DNA from: the human T2T-CHM13v2.0 reference genome, Homo sapiens
Length of the DNA stretch: 64,000 nucleotides
Assembly (NCBI RefSeq): GCF_009914755.1
Contig: NC_060927.1
Strand: one strand, 5' to 3'
Part shown: positions 55,364 to 64,000 of the stretch, in pieces
How positions within the stretch are numbered: the stretch's first letter is position 1
Layout: each line of letters opens with the position of its first letter
Notes under the pieces: generated by a model
Told to the model about the DNA's origin: nothing
Seen by the model: only the letters and a program-made list of their open reading frames with translations
Databases searched by the model: none
Translations under genes and position numbers: made by a program

Positions 55364-57641
55364 TGTATTAGTCTGTTTTCACACTACTGATAAAGACATA
55401 CCCGAGACTGGACAATTTACAAAAGAACAAAGTTCATTGGACTTACAGTTCCACATGGCTGGGGAGGCCTCACAATCATGGCAGAAGGCAAGGAGGAGCA
55501 AGTCACATCTTACATGGATGGCAGCAGGTGAAGAGAGCTTGTGCAGGGAAACTCCCATTTTTAAAACCATCAGATCTCATGAGACCCATTTACCATCATG
55601 AGAACAGCACAGCAAAGACCCACCCCCATAATTTGATAATCTCCTACCAGGTCCCTCCCACAACACTTTGGAGTTATGGGAGCTACAAGATGAGATTTGG
55701 GCGGGGACACAGAGCCAAACTATATCATTCCACCCCTGACCATCCCCAAATCTCATCCTTTACACTTCAAAAGCAATCATGCCCTCCCAAAAGTCTCCCA
55801 AAGTCTGAACTCATTTCAGCATTAACTCAAAAGTCTCCACAGTCCAAAGTCTTCTCTGAGACAAGGCAAATCCCTTCTGCCTATGAGCCTGTAAAATCAA
55901 GAGTTAGTTACTTCTTAGATACAACAAGGGTACAGGCATTGGGTAAATACAGCCATTCCAAATGGGAGACATTGGCCAAAACAAAGGGGCTACAGACCTC
56001 ATGCAAGTCTGAAATCCAGCAGAGCAGTCAAATCTTCAAGCTCCAAAATGACCTCCTTTGACTTCAGGTCTCACATCCAGATCACACTGATGCAAGAGAT
56101 GGGTTCCCATAGTCTTGCACAGCTCCACCTCCATGACTTTGCAGAGTACAGCCTCCCTCCCAGCTGTTTTCACAGGCTGGCATTGAGTGTCTGTGGCTTT
56201 TCGAGGCACATGATGCAAACTCTTGGTGGATCTATCATTCTGGGGTCTGGTAGATAGTGGCCCTCTTCTCACAGCTCCACTAGGCAGTGCCCCAGTAGGG
56301 ACTCTGTGTGGGGGCTCCAACCCCATATTTTCCTTCCACATTGCCCTAGCAGAGGTACTCCATGACAGCCCCATCTCTGCAGCAAACTTCTGCCTGGACA
56401 TCCAGGTTTTTCTATACATCCTCTGAAATCTAGGCAGAGGTTCTTGAACCTCAATTCTTGACTTCTATGCACTCACAGGCTCAACACCACATGGAAGCTG
56501 CCAAAATTTGAGGCTTGCACTCTCTGAAGCCATGGCCTCAGCTCTACATTGGCCCATTTCAGCCATGGCGGGAGCGGCTGGGATGCAGTGCACCAAGTCC
56601 CTAGGCTGCACACAGCACAGGGACCCTGGCCTAGCCCACAAAACCACTTTTTCCTCCTAAGCCTACAGGCCTGTGATGGGTGGGGCTGCCACAAAGGTCT
56701 CTGATATATCCTGGAGACATTTTCCCCATTGTCTTGGTGATTAACATTTGGCTCCTCATTACTTATGCAAATTTCTGCAGCCAGCTTTAATTTCTTCTCA
56801 GAAAATTGGATATTTTTTTTTTCTATTGCATTGTCAGGCTGTGAATTTTTCAAACTTTTATGCTTTGTTTCCCTTTTGAAACTGAATGCCTTTAACTGCA
56901 CCCATGTCACCTCTTGAATGCTTTGCTGCTTAGAAATTTCTTCCACCAGATACCCTAAATTATCTCTCTCAAGTTCAAAGTCCCAGAAATCTCTAGGGCA
57001 GGGGCAACATGCCAAAGTCTCTTTGCTAAAACGTAACAGAGTCACCTTTACTCCAGTTCCCAACAAATTACTCATTTCCATCTGAGACCACCTCACTATC
57101 AGCATTTTGGTCAAAGCCATTCAACATGTCTCTAGGGAGTTCCAAACTTCCCCACATTTTTCTGCCTTCTGAACCTTCCAAACTGCTCCACCTTCTGCCT
57201 GTTACCCAGTTCCAAAGTCACTTCCACATTTTCCAGTATCTTTTCCTCAGTACCCCACTCTACTGGTACCAATTTACTGTATTAGTCTGTTTTCACACTA
57301 CTGATAAAGACATACCCGAGACTGGGCAATTTACAAAAGAAAGAGGTTTATTGAACTTACAGTTCCACATGGCTGGGGAGGCCTCACAATCATGATGAAA
57401 GGCAAGGAGGAGCAAGTCACATCTTATGTAATTGGCAGCAGGCAAGGAGGGGTTGTGCAGGGAAACTCCCATTTTTAAAACCATCATATCTCATGAGACC
57501 CATTCACTATCATGAGAACAGCATGAGAAAGATGTGCCCTCATAATTCAGTCATCTCTCACCAGGTCCCTCACACAACATGTGACAATTATGGGAGCAAC
57601 AAGATCAGATATGGGTGGGGACACAGAGCCAAACCGTATCA
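55364..57641 (-). mobile_element. Complete THE1 (THE1A/B-like) MaLR provirus: LTRs 55364-55727 and 57278-57641
   Basis: Two LTRs 'tgtattagtctgttttcacact...gccaaac..tatca', a THE1-int body, and a perfect TSD actac (55359-55363 / 57642-57646). Confidence 0.95.
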
Positions 57642-58104
57642 ACTACTTAAAGATTTATTTTTCCTTTCATTTGGGATATTATTTACTGCTTCCTGATTAG
57701 GGAAGATGAGGACTTGGCTGACCTTTACTCCTACTCCACATCACCCCTTTACAGCATATGATCGCTCCATCTGCCCAGTACAGGTATATCACAAGGGTGT
57801 TGAGATCTATGTTCAGTTCTTACACTGTTATAACTGTGTACCTTTGATACGAATTATGATTACTTTTTCCTTTTCTATACAACTTGTTACTTTTTCCTAG
57901 AATTAATAATTGCCTTTTTTGCTTGGGAGAAATAATACTTATTGTTCTCTCTTTGGGGAATTCATAATTATTTTTTTCTAATTATTTATTATTCATTTTG
58001 CACTGCATTTTAAGTATTATATATTTTCCTTCAATGTGTCCAAACACATCACATAGTCTACCAATTTCATCTTCTTGAGAATGTTTCTAGGAGTTTTCTA
58101 TCTT

Positions 58105-58485
58105 TTTGTGAATTAATGCAATTATTTTCCATAAGTTATTGAGGTACAGGTGGTATTTGGTTATATGAGTAAGTTCTGTAGTGGTTATTTGTGAGATTTT
58201 GGTGCACCCATCACCCAAGTAGTATACACTGCACCATATTTGTAGTCTTTTATTCCTAGCCACCCCTCCCACTCTCTTCCCCCAAATTCCCACAGTCCAT
58301 TGTATTATTCTGATGACTTTGTATCCTCATAGCTTAGCTCCCACATATCAGTGAGAACATACAATGTTTGGTTTTCCATTCCAGAGTTACTTCACTTAGA
58401 ATAATAGTTTCCAATCTCATCCAGTTTGCTGGAAATGCTGTTAATTCATTCCTTTTTATGGCTGAATAGTATTCCATTGTGTATG

Positions 58486-58528
<43 letters not shown>

Positions 58529-59688
58529 GTGTATATATATATATACGTGTATATATATACACATGTATATATATATGACAGTTTCTTTATCCACTTATTG
58601 ATTGATGGGCATTTGGGTTGGTTCCATGATTTGCAATTGTGAATTGTGCTGCTAAAAACATGCATGTGCAAGTATCTTTTTTGTATAATGACTTCTTTTC
58701 CTCTGTGTAGATACCCAGTAGTGGGATTGCTGGGTCAAATGGTAGTTCTACTTTCAGTTCTTTAAGGAATCTCCACATTGTTATTCATAGTGGCTGTACT
58801 AGTTTACATTCGCACCAGCAGTGTAGAAGTGTTCCCTGATCACCACACCCATGCCAACATCTACAGTTTTTTGTTTTTTTGATTATGCCCATTCTTGCAG
58901 GAGTAAGATGGTATGGCATTGTAGTTTTGATTTAGATTTCCCTGGTCATTAGTGATGTTGAGCATTTTTTCAGATGGTAGTTGGCTATTTTTGTATCTTC
59001 TTTTGAGAACTCTCTATTCATGTCCTTAGCCCTCTTTTTGATGGGATTGTTTGCTTTTTTCTTACTTGTTTGAGTTCATTGTAGATTCTGAATATTAGTC
59101 CTTTGTCAGATGTATAGATTTTGAGGATTTTCCCCATTCTGTGGGTTGTCTGTTTACTTTGCTGACTGTTCCCTTTTGCCATGAAAAAGCTTTTTGGTTT
59201 AATTAGGTCCCAGCTATTTATCTTTGTTTTTATTGCATTTGTTTTTCGGTTCTTGATCATGAAATCCTTACCTAAGCCAACATCTAGAAGGGTTTTTCCA
59301 ATGTTATCTTCTAGAATTTTTATAGTTTCAGGTTTTAGATTTAAGTCCTTAATCCATCTTGAGTTAATTTTATTATTAGATGAGAGATGAGCATCCAGTT
59401 TCATTCTCCTACATGTGACTAGCCAATTATCCCAGCATCATTTGTTGAAACAGGTGTCCTTTTCCCACTCTATGTTTTTGTTTGCTTTGTTGAAGATCAG
59501 TTGGCTGTAAGTGTTTGGGTTTATTTCTGGCTTCTCTATGCTGTTCCATTGGTCTATGTGTCTATTTTTATACCAGTACCATGCTGTTTTGGTGACTGTG
59601 GCCTTATAGTATAGTTTGAAATCAGGTAGTGTGATGCCTCCAGATTTGTTCTTTTTGCTTGGTCTTGCTTTGGCTACACAGGCTCTTT
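58105..59688 (-). mobile_element. L1PB1-like 3' portion with internal (TG)n/(TA)n
   Basis: 3'UTR 'cataagttattgaggtacaggtggtatttggtt' and ORF2 remnants ([23 protein letters not shown]). Confidence 0.9.
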
Positions 59689-60785
59689 CTATGCAGAGTC
59701 CCTACTTAGTGGGCCCAAATCAATAAATTCAGCCTGATCCAATTCTGTGTTCCTTCCACCATTTTCCCATACCCTTAATATCCATTCCCATGCCTGTTCC
59801 CCAGATTTCTGTTTACATTAATTAGAGAACTCAAACATTTCTTTTCAAGTGTAGTCCACCTCCTTATGGGTCACACTCTGAACCTCACCACTAGGGGCCC
59901 GCTGGGACTTTAGTTTAGTTATAGGTCTAGAGACAAACAGATATGTTGGGGGTGGCTCCTGAGGAAAATCAATATTATCTTGCCTGGCAACTGCCTCAGG
60001 TGAGGCCATCACTGTTGTGTCAGGCAGTGCAGGGTTTATCTCCTCAGATAAAGATGGAAAGGCTGATGGCAGCATGGGTCGGGGAGGGGATGTTGCCACT
60101 ACTGGAGATGGGGAAGCTGTTCCTTCTGGCTAAAAATGTTCATCAGAGTTTACAAATCTTATTGTCCCCAGCTCCATCAGGGTCCTCCCACACATCCCCA
60201 TCCCAAGTTTCATGGTTCCATTATTTTCCAGTCAATGCCCTCACTTTAACAGTAAACACCTGGCGAGGCTGTGCATGCATCTTTCATTGCAAATCAGCCC
60301 CTCACATGATAAGAGCCTGTGTCTGCTTTTCCACAGTTTCAGCTCTTTCTCTACAGTAGATAAGACTCTCACTCAGGGCAATCTTAGCAGAGGTGAGGCT
60401 CAGTATATGCTTCTGAAGCTGGGAGACAGAATCCTAAGTTCATCATTTTCTTTCATCACTTCGTCCATTGAACTTAAGAGCAACCAACCAGCTTCATTAT
60501 GTTCCTTGGTTCTCCACATATGGTCAAAGGTATTATGTTCAGAGTCACTAAACTCCTTACCTCTCACAAGTGGTGAATCAGGAGTGTCAAATGCATTTAT
60601 TTTGCATAACTCTCTAAACAATTCATGCCAAGAACTATCAGTATTCTCTATACTATTAGAAGTAGAGTCCTTAGCATTTTGGGTTCTAATCTTATCAAGC
60701 AGCCTACTCCAGAAACCCCAAAACCAATGACAGAACTTCATCCTTAATATTCTGTTCCTCTAGAACCACTCCTGGTACCAAAATC
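59689..60785 (-). pseudogene. HERVL internal sequence: primer-binding region plus disrupted gag
   Basis: The reverse complement reads 'gattttggtaccaggagtggttctagagg' right after the LTR. ORF 60400-60741 (..NAFDTPDSPLVRGKEFSDS..AGWLLL..) resembles HERVL Gag but is frameshifted and truncated. Confidence 0.85.
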
Positions 60786-60824
60786 TTTATTAGTCAGGGT
60801 TCTTCAGATGGGTAGAACCAATAG

Positions 60825-60875
<51 letters not shown>

Positions 60876-60975
60876 ATATATATATATGGATATATATATA
60901 TAAGGATATATATATATAAAAGGATATATATAAGGATATATATAAAAAATAGGATGTATATATATATATAAACTA

Positions 60976-61016
<41 letters not shown>

Positions 61017-61406
61017 TATATGTAAAGGGAAGTTTATTAAGTGTTAACTTACATGATCACAAGGTCCTATAATAGGCTGTCTGCAAGCTGAGAAGAAAGG
61101 AGAGCCAGTCTGAGTCCCAAAACTGAAGAATTTGTAGTCCAATGTTTGAGAGCAGGAAGCATCCAGCATGGGGGAAAGATGTAAGCTGGGAGGCTAGGTC
61201 AGTCTCTCTTTTTCATGCTTTTCTGTCTGCTTTACATTCGTTGGCAGCTGACTGCATTGTGCCCACCAGATTAAGGGTGGATCTGCCCTCCCCAACCCAC
61301 TGACACAAATGTTCATCTCTTTTGGCAACACCCTGACAGACACACCCAGGATCAATATTTTTATCCTTCAATCCAATCAAATTGACACTCAGTATTAACC
61401 ATCACA
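60786..61406 (-). mobile_element. MLT2A-type HERVL 5' LTR with internal (TA)n expansion (60828-61021)
   Basis: Reverse-complement start 'tgtgatggttaatactgagtgtcaa', internal 'gcaggaagcatccagcatggg' and end 'gaaccctgactaata'. Confidence 0.9.
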
Positions 61407-61469
61407 CCTGCTAAATTTGAATTTCAGATAAAAATGGATACTTTTGCTTAGCATAAATGTATTTCATGC

Positions 61470-62229
<760 letters not shown>

Positions 62230-62347
62230 TGTGCAATATTTGGGACATATTTATATGAAAAAAATTAGTTATCGCTTATCTGAAATTTAAACTTATCTGT
62301 GTGTCCGGTGTTTTCATTTGCTGAATGTGGTAATATTGGTCCAAACT

Positions 62348-62488
62348 GTTTTAGGATATTTAGCGGCATTCCTGGACCTTTATCCATTAGATGCCAGTCC
62401 CACATCCTAGTTGTGACAACTAAAAATGTCCCCAGATACTGCCAAAGGTTCCCTGGGAGGCAAAATCTCCCTTGGCTGGAACTACTGC
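62348..62488. mobile_element. MER20 hAT element fragment
   Basis: 'agttgtgacaactaaaaatgtccccagatactgccaaa...gggaggcaaaatc'. Confidence 0.8.
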
Positions 62489-62489
62489 C

Positions 62490-63180
62490 TTAGAAAGTGT
62501 TAGAAGTGCAAAGCATGAGGCTCCACCCCAAACCTACTGAATCAGAAACTCAGTAGGGAGGGATTTAGCAATCTGTGCTTTCACAAGTCTTACAGCTGTT
62601 CTGATGCAACTGAAGTTTGAGAACAAAATTGGTCTTATCTATTTCTCAGGCAAGTGTATCTCAGAGGACATAAATTAGTATTGCTTAGTGTAGAGACCCA
62701 TGGATAATCTATACCAGAACCGCTATTGTTGTATATTAAAGAAACATCTAATGGTGCACCCTGGAACTTCTTAATCAAAATTTCTAAGGGGATGAAGAAG
62801 TTGAGAGTGTAGTAGAAAACAGGGGTCCAGAGTTCTACTTTTATTTTTTAAGTAAACGTACCCTGTGACTCTTGTATACACAGATATTTGAATACCACGG
62901 ACTGGTATGGATGCCTCAGACTTTCTTTGTTTATATCACTAACATTCCCAATTCTAGTTTCATGTTTCCAAAACAAATTTCTGGAGATAAATTGGCTTCT
63001 GGTTTATACTTACCTACAGCAGTGTTTCTCGGCTCTGGTAACATATTTGAACCACCTAGCGAGCTTTACAAAAATACCAATGCCCAGTCCCCATCCACAA
63101 CAATGAAGCAGAATCTCTGGGGGTGGTGTTTTCTGATTCCAGATGATTCTAATATGTAACTAGGTTTGGAAACCACTGGC
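62490..63180. mobile_element. MER5A/MER5B fragments
   Basis: 'aaacctactgaatcagaaactc', 'cagcagtgtttctc' and 'ccagatgattctaatatg...ggaaaccactg'. Confidence 0.6.
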
Positions 63181-63559
63181 CTATGGGAGAAAATGCGCTA
63201 GTCTTATCGATTCTAACATTCCAGTCGGTTTAATGTCTATGTTCCTCATTATACATTATAAAAATTAATATTCCGGTTCAAATTTCATACTCTTTTTGTG
63301 TCTCTTAAATCCATCCAAGTTCTGGGGGTCCTGAGCAAACTAGTTCTGAGAACCACAGATATATATCAGATCCTGGAGTACAACTGTATAATTGGGATAT
63401 TCTCCTCCTCTACACCCCACATGCTGGTCTTTCCTTTATTCTATCTACTATCTCTTATAGAGCGTACTCAAAATCCAACTAATTTTCAGGGCTTTCTTCA
63501 ATTAATTATTAATATGATATAGAAATGGCTTCAAATGTCTATCATCAAAAATAGAGGAA

Positions 63560-64000
63560 CTTTGATGTTAACATAATCAGGCCTTTAGGTCTAACTTCCA
63601 ATTCACAGGAAATATGGAAGACAGAGAAAAAATTAAGCACCCATAAGCAGGGACTCAGACTAATCTATAAGGTGGACATTTTATAGAATAATTTGCCTAT
63701 CTCTTCAAGAAGTCATTATTACATAAACAAAATAATACATGAAATGAAATAATACGTTATGGCATTAAAAGGGAGAATGTTTTAAATTAAAAGAGATTTA
63801 AGACACATAACAATCAGAGGCAATATATACGCCTTAATTAGATCCCAGTTGAACAAACCAGCCTAAAATGAAGTAATTACAGTGATAGAATTTGAACATA
63901 GTTTAGGTATTAGGTGATGTTAAGGATCCATTTACATTTTTTGAGGTATGGTAACAGTATTGTGATTAGATAAGGGAAATATATTTATTTTTAAAAAACT
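63560..64000 (+). mobile_element. Old L1MC/ME 3' region
   Basis: 'aattaaaagagatttaagacacataacaa...tttgaacatag...gtattaggtgatgttaagga...ttgaggtatggtaacagtattgtg'. Confidence 0.55.

Noticed and set aside
56473-57120. Longest ORF (215 aa) and the ORF cluster at 13.6-14.8 kb
   Set aside because: They lie wholly within THE1 internal sequence and are degenerate MaLR-derived frames.

Overview
This is AT-rich, CpG-poor primate genomic DNA, most likely human, because it carries a near-pristine AluYa-lineage insertion at 47.9-48.2 kb. I can support no host protein-coding gene, RNA gene, CpG island or CRISPR array, and no ORF in the track is a recognisable host protein; the longer ones fall in repeats or low-complexity DNA. 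The window is mostly layered transposable elements: 15 near-full-length Alus plus a 35-bp Alu fragment, several L1s (L1MA, L1PB, an L1PA13-16-like copy and old L1M), two complete THE1 MaLR proviruses with 5-bp TSDs, a HERVL 5' LTR plus gag remnant, an older ERVL integrase remnant, solo LTRs, L2/MIR and DNA-transposon fossils. I did not find a new biological system. The most notable items are structural: a PATRR-like AT-rich palindrome next to a closely spaced inverted Alu pair, several atypical micro-insertions, DUX4-type motifs in LTRs and a few unique segments that might be enhancers or non-coding exons. Family names come from recalled consensus sequences and need RepeatMasker/Dfam confirmation.
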